A DNA stretch of 64,000 nt from Octopus bimaculoides. Taxonomy: Eukaryota. Below the pieces are notes generated by a model. It worked only from the letters and a program-made list of their open reading frames with translations. It did not search any database and had not been told where the DNA came from. The translations under genes were made by a program, and so were the position numbers. Shown piece after piece: positions 14,894 to 24,059 of the stretch (the stretch's first letter is position 1; every line of letters starts with the position of its first letter). The DNA lies in assembly GCF_001194135.2 (NCBI RefSeq), contig NC_069005.1, forward strand, positions 566,521-630,520. Reading direction: 5' to 3'.

Positions 14894-17800
14894 GGTCTTG
14901 CTCAAGGACACAATGCACCACCAGATATTGAACTCACAGCCTTGCAATCACGAGCCAAACGCCCTAACCACTACGCCATGCCCCTTCACATTTCAAACAG
15001 ACCAAATTTCACTAAAAGTACTAAAGAACCCAATGGTGCAGTTGTTTCCTGTCGGTCTGGGATCAAGAATATTCAAGTCCTCAACCAAAGACAATCACGA
15101 CCACATTAGCCAATGTGGCCATCTTTTTCTAAGATGTTAGGCTGTTATTTGAAGGAGATTTGGTTGCTGTTTCTAACAAGTCAGGCAACTACATAGAAGC
15201 TGCTTTTTAAACTTGGTAGGTGGCAGCAGATTAGGCATACCACCCTAGAGTTGTATGAATAATATTCCAACCACTTCAATGATGGCAACAAAAGAAAAGC
15301 AAATATAAGATGTCAGATAATGGAGTTTCTTTAAGAGTGATGTCTTAAGTGGATTGAGCCGAGCTGGGCTGGGCCAGGCTGGACTGAGTTCTTGTTTAGG
15401 ATGTTTGTCTTTCAATGACATTGAATTAAAAGGTGGTCCACCTGGTTTACAAATGGAGCCACTGATGGAGGAGACGAGAAACAATGGGAGAAAAGACAAG
15501 AAAATCATGAAGAATGCTGGCATCATTGAAGAATTTGACGATGAAGAAGCAGACATATTTGACATTTTTAGAGCAGAGATTAGGAGGAGGGAAAATGTAG
15601 ATATGGTGGTGAGTGGGGAGAAACAGTTGTGGTGACTGAACTCTGGGGTGGTAAGGAATGTAACAAGGATTGGGGTAAGAAATGTAATGCAATATATTAA
15701 AGAGAGGTTAAGAATTTGGTACACAAATAAGGAAACCTTGCCCACACACAGTGGTGAGAATCTGTCAGGAAGATAGGATGAAGCTCAGGGAATTAGAAAT
15801 AAATGTTAAGGGCAATATAAAGATGAATTAATAAAATGCCTGGGCACTATTGGTCCATGGGTCCAGTTAAACAGGATTTTTTTAGATACATATGTAATGG
15901 CTGCACTTGTATGGGTGGGAAATGTGAATGTTTGATGCAACCTAAATTGACAGAGAAGGTATACGGGTTGGAGGTTTGTTGATGATTTGGGAAGAAAGAA
16001 AAGGTTAAGACAATCATCATCATCATCATCATCATAGCAACCACCAACCTCAGCATCATTTGCAAAAGATGTTATAAAAATATAAAGATAAAAATTAGTT
16101 TAGGCATGCAAAAATCCATAAATTTGATTCGTTTGATCGAATCCATTCTTCATGATTCTTCACAAGAATATAATTTTGGTTTAAACAAAAAAAAAGAAGC
16201 AGTAATAATGTCATTCATGCTTGAAATTTCTTGTGATTTTTGTGTGCCTTGCAGATAGCATGTATCACTCCTTCGTCCTACAGTGTCACTGAAACCATCA
16301 ACACCCTCCGTTACAGTACCAGAGCCAAATGTATTCTAACAAAGCCAGTCGTTGCATTCGTAAGTAACAGAATCTTGTGGCTTCTTTCTTCTTCGCTTCT
16401 TTCTTTGTAATGGAGTTATGAACTTTATCCACCTGGTCCTTAGCTGCTCTTAACAGAATCCACTCCATTGTATTCAGACCAGATCCCTGGTTTGAGGATC
16501 ACTTCCTCCTTTACCCCCACCACTCCTTCAATCTTGGAGACTCTGTATAAAGAGGGTGTCAAACTGCTTTGGTCTTGCTAAACTGAATTGAAATATTTGG
16601 CAGGCTGCAGGGAAATAATTATTCCTAAAATCCCTGTTCATAACATAAGCTAAAGTAGATGAATAAAGAGGTTGTCATCATCATCATAATCATCTTTTAA
16701 TGTTCATCTTTCATACTGACATGGCCCGGATGATTTGACAGGATCTGATGAGTCGGACGACTACATCGGTCCTCAACGTCTGCTATGGCTCAATGCTCTT
16801 CCTAATGCCAACCATTTTACGGAGTGTACTGGGTGCTTTTTGTTTATGTGGCACCAATTCTTGTGCAGCTCACAAGGCTAAGATTTCCTACAACTGGGGG
16901 CTTCATTATGCTAAGAGATGAGAGGGTAAAATATGAAAGAAAGAGCTACATGGTGGAACCGAAAAGAGGTAAAAATAGTGGTGATGGGGTGCAGGGTGGA
17001 CCCTTCAAGGCAGAAGTGAGAGGGGACATAAGAATAGGGAGTATGTTTGGGTCAAGATTGCAAGTGTGTATAGGGAGAGTGGCACACATTATGACTGCTT
17101 CTCTTCTTCTTATTTTCCAGGACCCACGAGAAAAATATATTGGGACTCTGAAAAAGGAGCTTCAGATCCTGAGAAATGAGAATCAATACTTGAAAAACCA
17201 GGTAAAGCTATGGTATGAGTATCTCCCTAGGGAGACATACAGCAGTGAATTTTCCTTTGGGGGTGGGGCAGGAAACTAAACTCAACATCATTGCAAGCTA
17301 ATGCTTATCAATATTACATCCCTGCATCACATTTTACAGCTTTTAATCCTTGAACTTCTGCCATACTGGAGCACCCCCTTTAAGTGTATGGCTTAGCCGT
17401 ATTCAGCTCCACTACTTATGTCAATATGGTACTTATTCTATCAAAGGTTGGTCTAATCATTAACTCATTGGTGGCAAATTGGCAGAAACGATCAACTGCC
17501 GGAAAGAATTCCTTTGTATTCTGTTTTGCAATAACAATAATAATAATTATTATTATTATTTTACATTTGGCACAAGGCCAGCTGTTTTAGGGGTAGGGAT
17601 AGATTGATTACATCAATCCCCCCAGTACTTGACTGCTATTTTATTTTATTAACCCCAAAGGGGTAAACGGCAAAGTTAATCTCAGTGGGATTTGAACTTA
17701 CAACATAAATGTTGCTAAGCATTTTGTCTGATGCACTGACAATTCTGCCAGCCTTGATAATAAGAACAATCCTTTCTCACATAAGCACAAGGCCTGAAAC

Positions 17801-19645
17801 TTTGTGGGAGGGGACTAATTGATTATACTGACCATAATGCTTGACTGCAACTTATCAACCCCAAAAGGAAGCAAAGGCAAAGTGGACCATGGCAAAAATT
17901 GAACTCAGAACGTAAAAGTGGACGAAATGCTGCTAAGCCTTTTGTCTGGTCTGCTAATAACGATTCCACCAGCTTGCTGCCTCGGTCTCTTCAAAACTGG
18001 TCAGGGAATTAGGAAAAGTGTATTTTAAGGGAGCTAACTCTTTGAATTCTTTTACTCAACCCTTAAATGTTCACTTATTGCTTTCTCCCTTATAACGGAT
18101 GAGTTAAGTATCTGTTCCTTATGGTGAAGATTTTCTGTGTCCTTCTTTAGATTTGTCTTATAATTTAACCCCAACACTGTAAGATAATAAAAAAAATTGC
18201 TTAGTTCTTCAACATCCATTCTCAATGGTAACTCAATCAAATCTGTAACATTTTATTGATCACCCTCCAATTCCTCCATTAAAATCCATTGTGCAACAAA
18301 GTAACAGAAGTGCAGAAAGAAATGGCAGCCAATTTCCTCTGCAGTAAGTCTGTACCATAACTGTTAAGTTTCACCAGATCATTCCATGCAGATGTAATTT
18401 CTTATCATCAACCAGTGATAATTGCTCTCTGCTAAGATGTATGTATAGACCCTGCCACCCTCACCCGTCTTTATCTAGTGAACAGCTTCCCTACCAACTC
18501 AGCCATCAACCCTAATATGGCCCCTTTACTTGTTGCCACATCTCTTTCGAGTATAATTGTTCTTTAACCACCCTTCTTTGTTCTATGATATAAAGTGATC
18601 CAAATTAAAACTTTCCATCAAAATTTCATACTAATTTATGTTTCAATTAATTTTATGACAAAGTTATTTTACTAAATTCTTCATTATTTTCAAAATTAAT
18701 TGAAATCGGGTCAGTGTCCTTCAATGGAATTCAGATAACAAAAAAGGGTTCAGAGTTTGTTCAGCCTTTATTCAACAAAACACAATATCCACATGTCTTC
18801 AGATGTTCCTGATTCCTTCTTAATACTTTGCAGCTCTCGTTTCCAACAGTCTCCCAGAACCAGGTTCAATCCAAAGATAAACAAACGATTACTGAAAAAT
18901 TGAAACAATATTCTCGTAAGTAACCAGTTGTGGGGGCTGGGTTTCTGTTTTTGTCTTATCTCTTTTACTTGTTTCAGTCATGGGACTGCGGCCATGCTGG
19001 GGCACTCGACAGGTTTAGTGGAACAAATTGACTTCAGTACTTATTTTTTAAAGTTTGGTGCTTATCTTATCAGCCTCTTTTTCTGGAATTGCAAAGATCT
19101 GGGGACGTAAACAAACCAACTCCAGATGTCAAGCAGTGATGAGGGGAGCAAACACATACATACATTCGTCCATACATACACATGACAGGTTTCCACACAA
19201 TTTCCTCCCAAAGCATTGATCAGCGCAAAGCTATAGCAAAACACGCTTTCCAATATTCTCAATGGAGGAAAGAAAACTTGCAAGAAGAGATTCAATTTCA
19301 TGGACAAAATTTATCTTCCTTCTTCGTTTTCTTCTAGAAATGACCCCAAAATTGGTTGAGAGTTCCCTTTATGAGATGCTGCAGGAATATATGGTAGAAA
19401 ATGAGTCATTAAGGTTGGTCATCATTGGATTTTTTGTTTTCTTTTTCCTCTTGATTTTGTTTTTCCTAGTGTCAGGAAGGCCATCCAGCCATAGACACCA
19501 TGCCAAAACATAATTGGCACCTGGACAGCTCCTGTCAAACTGTCCGACACATGCCAGCATGAATAATGGACAGAAAACTTGCTTTTATGGCTGTGTATTT
19601 TTGGCTATTTTAATCTAATACTGCTTTTGTTGCACATAACAGTTG

Positions 19646-19690
<45 letters not shown>

Positions 19691-22600
19691 CATACACACA
19701 CACACACCCAGAACCATGCTGATAGCTTAGGAGTGAAATTTAGGATTTCTTGGTTTTCTGTGAATTGATTTTGAAAAGTTTTATCAAAATTGATTCACAG
19801 AAAACCAAGAAATCCTAAATTTCACTCCCAGGCTATCAGCATGGTTCTGGGTGTGTGTATATAATTCTATTTCTCCTGCCTCATTGCTTGTGTTCTACTG
19901 ATAATTCTATGTTGTTGCTTCCAGATCTGAGAACAGACAACTCTACCAGGAAAATGGTGGCCTCCTCCAAGAACAGAAGCAGCTGTATAAAGAGAATGAG
20001 ACTCTTCTTTATCAACTGGAGCAACTGGAGAGGTTTGCAAGAGCATTTATTTCAATAATAGCTTTCTCTCTCTATCACACACACACACACACACACACGT
20101 TCTGAAGCATTTAATTCCCATTTGGAAGAGAATAGAAGTATTTTTTATTTTTACAAGGATTTGTCTTTTTCTACCAACAAATGCCAAATAGTGAAGATTG
20201 ATGCAATGACTCAAATTTTCTTGGGGCCACCAATAGAATCTTCACTCATATTTATAAATGGGAGAACTCAATACCTAATGTACAGTTTGTGTCTGTGTGT
20301 CCTGGTTCTCTGACACTTCCTGTTTTAAAGTGATCTAAATTTAAAAAATTCCATCAAGATTTCATGCTCATTCATACTGGTTTACTGGTCATGCTTCAAG
20401 AACCCTGCCAAGAATTCTTGCAGTTCCAAGCAATGCTGGTTTTTGGTAGGTGTTCTACCTTCACATTTGCACCAATCTAGTTGAACTGTGCTGGTAGTTG
20501 AGTGCTGATACTTCCAAGTGCACCAATTACTATTGGTATCATGTCTAACTCGCCTCATTGACTACAACTTTCATATTTCCCACTCAAATCATCATAGTTG
20601 TTATTATTTATTGCCTTTGCACAGCTTCTAACACTGGAGATGTACTACGGTGTCAGCTGTTCACTACGAGTAAACTAAGATAACACCCCTTATTTTCCGA
20701 GCACCATCCGGAGTATTCGAGCAGTTCCCAGCAGTGCTGTTTTCTGCAAGTGCTCCACCCTTATTGCAGCCCCTGTTTGTTCCATGTACTTCTCAAGATT
20801 TTTACTCACTGTTCCCAGGACTCCAACAATTATTGGTACTACTGCTACCTTTTTCATCGACCACAACTGCTTAACTCCCCAAGCTAACCTATCATATCTC
20901 TCGACTTTTCATTCTTCCTTATCGCATACCTTGTTGTCAGTTGGGCATGCTATGTCTAAGATCCAGCATCGTTTGCTTTCTTTCTCAATTAACATTATGT
21001 CTAGTTTCCTATTCTCTATCTCATGGTCACACTGAATCATAAAATCCCATAGGATCTTTGCATTATCATTTTCGATGATGCATCCAGGTTTATGTTCGTA
21101 CCACTTTTTTGCTCTGCTTATCTTTGGTTTCCTTTCTAGAATGTCTGGAATGTCCATGTATGCAAACCAGAAAGACAGGTGGCCATCATATCAAACACCA
21201 CCTCAACTCACTAACGCTAATGAAAGATTTGGAGCTGGATACAAAACCAAAACCACCACCGCTTACGGACAGGTACACACGTCTTTGACCTTTTTTTTTT
21301 TAATGTCTTCCTGTGTTCAAAGAATCCATTTTATTAATTCCTGGTTAAAGTTTAATGTAATTGCTTTGCAAATTATAAATGTAAGGAAATATAACTCCAG
21401 GTAAGAGTTAATAGCAGTCTTTGTAGAATAACAATGTAAACAAACACAAACACATGCATACGTATGTGTATGTGTGTATATATATATATATATTTATATA
21501 CAAATGGCTAATAATCAAGAAGCTTGCCTCCTAACCATGTCTTGTGTTCAGTCCCACTGCACAGCACCTTGCACAAATGTCTTCTACAACCCAAGGCCAA
21601 TATTTTTTATTAATTGGCATTTTTATGTTTCAGATTCTGTATGACACTGATATCATATTCAGAAAATAAAAAGACATTTGAGGCAGAGAACATCTCTGAT
21701 TTGTTCTGCAAGAGAGGACCAGGATTGATATCTTGAAATATTCTTCTTACATTTCATGAACTTAAAAAACTGGTCAGGTCCTTGTCCCAAGTGTTTTGTG
21801 AATGTGTGTTGGTCAAACACATTATTATTAAGGCGCTGAGCTGGCAGAACCGTTGGCACACCGGGAGAAATGCTTAGTGGTATTTTGTCTGCCACTACAT
21901 TCTAAGTTCAAATTCTGCCAAGGTCGATTTTGCCTTTCATCCTTTTGGAGGTCAATAAATTAAGTACCAGTTGTATACTGGGGTCAATCTAATCGACTGG
22001 CCTCCCTCTCCAAAAATTTTGGGCTACAGAAAAGAATCGTTGGCACACCATGCAAAATGCTTAGTGGCGTTTCATCCATCTGCACATTCTGAGTTCAAAT
22101 TCCACTGAGGTTGACTTTGCCTTTTGTCCTTTCAGGGTCAATAAAACAAGTACCAGTTGAGCATCAGGGGTCAATCTAATCAACTTCGAAATTTCTGCCA
22201 AAATTTGAAACTATTGTTGTTGTTGTTGTTGTTGTTGTTATTATTGCATGACTAGTAACGAAGGACTGTGTGTTTTGTTGAAGGGAAATGGTCTCTATCT
22301 CCTGGACCCAATCTACCCCATGAGCAACTCCTTTGATTACCCAAATCATTTTCCAGGCAGGAATCACATAAAGCATTCAGACATGACCATTATGAAACCA
22401 ACTCCTCTCCCAAGATCTTCAGACAATTCCATCAGGTAAGAAATGACAAAACTCTAAATACTGACATTTTGAGTTGTCTCAACTTTTGTTGTGTTTCATT
22501 TATTTGTTATTGTTGCCTTTGTTGCTGTTACTGCTGTTGATGTCATTTCTTGCTGCTACTGTGGACATTTGTCATTTTGTTTATCAACATAATTTTTCAA

Positions 22601-22971
22601 AACACGAGGAAGCAAAGTTAAGATACATGAACTATCAATTCTCCCCTATTTGTTCTTTTTCTTCACATTAAATTCTAATATAATTGTTATCTACTCCATT
22701 TGAAACATGCTTGAAGAAAATTTCATTAAAGACCATCCATTTTTCAGAAAGTTTTGAGGAAACATAGTCAGTGGGGCAGGGGACACTTCTATAGCCATGT
22801 CACAGTGAATAAACATTTGTTTTGTGATTGAATCTTGCAATGATAAAAGAAATTTGAAAATCACATTTTGAAAAAATATAATAAAACTGGAATTTATAAG
22901 AATTCCCTAGACAGTGTACATTTTAATAATTGCATACTCAAAACTAATTTATAAGCAACCGTCTTTTATAG

Positions 22972-23015
<44 letters not shown>

Positions 23016-24059
23016 CATTCAGGCTATTACAAAACTCCAACAGGTTTCCAAGACAATTGCCACAGAAGCATTTTTTTAAAAGAGAATCCTATCCAAGAAG
23101 TGTTCTACCAAACAACAAACAATGGAACTCAGTTGGTAAGGTTATCCACCCACCCTTCTTGCTCTCCTTTCCCCACCCCATATCTTGAACATCCACCCTG
23201 ACACCTCATCACCATTATTTGAATCTCTTTCCAGTTCTATTCCAGCCTCTTCCATCTTCTCTTTTAGAATGTGAGTAACCACGTAATCTCCTCTATAACA
23301 AGAAACCTGTTCTGGTCCAGAAGCTTCTCTCATTTTAACCCCTTGTCTCGTAGCATAAATCTTCCCCCTCCTCTAATCAGTTGAAGGGGCCCTTAGTCTT
23401 GCAGGCTGCATGGTGACCTCTCTCATGCCCAGGCCATATCATAGAGTGGTTGGCATTAAAACGAGCATTCACATGCCAAAGTTCAGCTCTGTTTGATCCT
23501 AGCAAATCATCGACCCCCCTGCCATACCAGTTTGGAAGATGGCCATTAAAAAAGGACCATGTGGTTCCTGTTGTTGTTGTTGTCTACTCCCCCACCAAGT
23601 CAGTCCTGATCAAGCAAACTTGTGAGATTTCTCAATACTTTTTTTTGATTTCCAAACCTCCTGGTGTTTGGAGTGATCACTAGTGATCACTAGTGATGGT
23701 GACATTATTATGCCTCCATTCGTCTTCCCACACGGCCTCAGACTCAACACGGAGGCCTACATCAAGTGCCTGGAGGAGGTAGTGCACATATACTTCACCG
23801 TTTTGCTTCAAATGTCCAAGTGAAGGGGTACAAACAGTTGCTAGTTTGGTCAGTAGGTTTGTAACCCATTCATTTTAGAGTTTCATTATCTCTTTTACAA
23901 AAAAAACTCATGTTCTAGTGATTAGTTTTTTTTTGTTTTCCTTTTTCTGCAGATTCTGTTGAAATGTTCAACCAAAGACTGCGAGAAGAACTAGCAGCAA
24001 TTGATGGGGAAATCAAATACGAACAGATAAGTCAAGCAACTTCAAAATCTCTTTTCTGA
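3570..24059 (+). CDS. KIF12: Kinesin-like protein KIF12 (spliced, 18 coding exons found; 5' start exon not located)
   Basis: Exons 3570-3650, 5707-5785, 8384-8505, 9046-9121, 9792-9920, 10779-10914, 11808-11966, 12454-12537, 13260-13378, 16255-16359, 17121-17201, 18834-18915, 19338-19413, 19925-20032, 21140-21272, 22284-22435, 23023-23135, 23953-24059 join by GT-AG into one open frame ending in TGA. Motor motifs: [18 protein letters not shown] (P-loop), [19 protein letters not shown] (switch I), DLAGSE (switch II), [16 protein letters not shown]12-like signatures recalled: [38 protein letters not shown]. The last four exons are less certain than the motor exons. Confidence 0.85.
5529..5650. 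repeat. 30-bp minisatellite, about 4 units
   Basis: tgggtgtatatatagtgacaatggtaataa repeated with few substitutions. Confidence 0.85.
5707..5785 (+). CDS. KIF12: KIF12-like exon ([13 protein letters not shown]...CSLL)
   Basis: caacag/gtatgt; completes the RVRPL motif. Confidence 0.9.
8150..8280 (+). mobile_element. R4/Dong-like non-LTR retrotransposon remnant (zinc-knuckle region)
   Basis: [20 protein letters not shown] resembles the [18 protein letters not shown] motif of RLE-type elements. Confidence 0.6.
8384..8505 (+). CDS. KIF12: KIF12-like exon ([16 protein letters not shown]...MAVEG)
   Basis: ttgcag/gtaaag; FSFDAVF kinesin motif. Confidence 0.92.
9046..9121 (+). CDS. KIF12: KIF12-like exon with P-loop ([19 protein letters not shown])
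   Basis: ttatag/gtaggt; Walker A GQTGSGKT. Confidence 0.95.
9334..9432. repeat. Compound (GT)n(TA)n microsatellite
   Basis: Direct reading; many similar CA/TA/GA tracts occur throughout the window. Confidence 0.95.
9792..9920 (+). CDS. KIF12: KIF12-like exon (...GVVQRAI...AEIYNEQ)
   Basis: ttgcag/gtatga; EIYNE motif. Confidence 0.92.
10215..10370 (+). mobile_element. SINE/LINE 3' tail family C (ggtgttaggaaggg...catgccagcatgga...gttaaatgatgatgat)
   Basis: Recurrent RTE-like tail ending in (GAT)n; copies at about 2990-3100, 6685-6810, 19450-19570, 24690-24830, 52200-52350 and 55800-55960, and antisense at 16680-16830, 37180-37340, 53170-53250 and 56050-56150. Confidence 0.65.
10779..10914 (+). 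CDS. KIF12: KIF12-like exon (IIDLLNP...FYVENLF...VLEEG)
   Basis: ttttag/gtgagg; frame continuous with neighbours. Confidence 0.93.
11055..11220 (+). mobile_element. Penelope-like GIY-YIG endonuclease remnant
   Basis: [38 protein letters not shown]...KWDEV. Confidence 0.7.
11808..11966 (+). CDS. KIF12: KIF12-like exon with switch I/II (NELSSRSH...DLAG)
   Basis: ttacag/gtaatt. Confidence 0.95.
12454..12537 (+). CDS. KIF12: KIF12-like exon (SEKV...[10 protein letters not shown])
   Basis: tttcag/gtaagt; INKSL motif. Confidence 0.94.
13026..13078. repeat. (CA)n microsatellite
   Basis: Direct reading. Confidence 0.95.
13260..13378 (+). CDS. KIF12: KIF12-like exon (KCISSLSDP...[13 protein letters not shown])
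   Basis: ctctag/gtaaaa; [10 protein letters not shown] motif. Confidence 0.95.
14886..14990 (-). mobile_element. tRNA-derived SINE head (family B)
   Basis: A-box ggcgtagtggttaggg and B-box gagttcaat on the - strand; related heads at 7525-7640 (+), 13075-13205 (-), 27310-27460 (-) and 32985-33115 (-). Confidence 0.6.
16255..16359 (+). CDS. KIF12: KIF12-like exon (IACITP...ETINTLRY...KPVVAF)
   Basis: ttgcag/gtaagt; end of the motor domain. Confidence 0.94.
17121..17201 (+). CDS. KIF12: KIF12-like exon ([27 protein letters not shown])
   Basis: ttccag/gtaaag; neck coiled coil. Confidence 0.9.
17560..17985 (-). mobile_element. Two tandem copies of SINE family A, antisense
   Basis: Reverse complement matches the copies at 21833-22190; other - copies at about 7280-7440, 26140-26330, 32432-32580, 41755-41890 and 45270-45420. 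Confidence 0.7.
18560..18740 (+). repeat. AT-rich interspersed repeat family (aaagtgatctaaattaaaac.ttccatcaaaatttcat...ctaaattcttcattattttcaaaatt)
   Basis: Recurs at about 1650-2045, 20320-20370 and 28370-28470, and antisense at 10100-10210 and 41320-41460; probable MITE. Confidence 0.6.
18834..18915 (+). CDS. KIF12: KIF12-like exon (LSFPTVSQ...LKQYS)
   Basis: ttgcag/gtaagt; supplies the required phase 0 to 1 bridge. Confidence 0.8.
19338..19413 (+). CDS. KIF12: KIF12-like exon ([25 protein letters not shown])
   Basis: ttctag/gttggt; LYEMLQEYM motif. Confidence 0.85.
19700..19858. repeat. 159-bp near-perfect palindrome (hairpin / palindromic MITE)
   Basis: 19700-19774 pairs with 19784-19858; 71 of 75 Watson-Crick pairs, 3 G-U wobbles and 1 A-C mismatch on the + strand; 9-nt loop. 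Confidence 0.95.
19925..20032 (+). CDS. KIF12: KIF12-like exon ([10 protein letters not shown]...LEQLER)
   Basis: ttccag/gtttgc; coiled-coil heptads; phase 2/2. Confidence 0.82.
20389..20600 (-). mobile_element. R4/Dong-like element 3' remnant (copy 1)
   Basis: YDDL...[12 protein letters not shown]...VKVEHL(Q)[16 protein letters not shown] with frameshifts. Confidence 0.7.
20601..21118 (-). mobile_element. R4/Dong-like element 3' remnant with restriction-like endonuclease (copy 2)
   Basis: [54 protein letters not shown]...[10 protein letters not shown]...[20 protein letters not shown], then a 3' UTR and an AATAAATAATAA tail. Confidence 0.85.
21140..21272 (+). CDS. KIF12: KIF12-like tail exon ([10 protein letters not shown]...TAYGQ)
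   Basis: ttctag/gtacac; open in the required phase; low sequence conservation. Confidence 0.6.
21833..22190 (+). mobile_element. Two tandem copies of SINE family A (gctggcagaa...gagttcaaatt...ggggtcaataaa..aagtaccagtt)
   Basis: Two successive ~170-nt copies with a B-box-like gagttcaaat; other + copies at about 3300-3430 and 25320-25480. Confidence 0.75.
22284..22435 (+). CDS. KIF12: KIF12-like tail exon ([12 protein letters not shown]...SDNSIR)
   Basis: ttgaag/gtaaga; only the phase-0 frame is open across it. Confidence 0.6.
22972..23015. repeat. (ATT)n microsatellite abutting a splice acceptor
   Basis: About 14 ATT units followed by cattcag. Confidence 0.95.
23023..23135 (+). CDS. KIF12: KIF12-like tail exon ([11 protein letters not shown]...QWNSV)
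   Basis: attcag/gtaagg; 113 nt, gives exactly the phase 2 to 1 bridge needed to reach the terminal exon. Confidence 0.6.
23680..23786 (+). mobile_element. Tc1/mariner (maT/DD37D-like) transposase fragment
   Basis: [34 protein letters not shown]. Confidence 0.7.
23953..24059 (+). CDS. KIF12: KIF12-like terminal coding exon ([24 protein letters not shown]...SLF*)
   Basis: long pyrimidine tract plus ctgcag acceptor; short coiled-coil; TGA at 24057-24059. Confidence 0.7.

Noticed and set aside
15245-15745. 166-aa minus and 93-aa plus ORFs in a KIF12 intron
   Set aside because: No splice-compatible place in the KIF12 frame and no recognisable domain; composition suggests a decayed retroelement I cannot classify
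16824-17279. 151-aa ORF
   Set aside because: Only 17121-17201 is the KIF12 exon; the rest is intronic repeat read-through
20909-21157. [18 protein letters not shown]... as an intact retrotransposon gene
   Set aside because: The first ~15 codons are the antisense of a KIF12 exon and its acceptor; the rest is a truncated relic with stops
21634-21669. Acceptor-like tttcag followed by [11 protein letters not shown]
   Set aside because: Could be an alternative terminal exon, but the downstream exons give a complete frame and nothing else supports it
23268-23270. Apparent 3-nt microexon (ttttag AAT gtgagt)
   Set aside because: Not needed for frame and cannot be supported without reads
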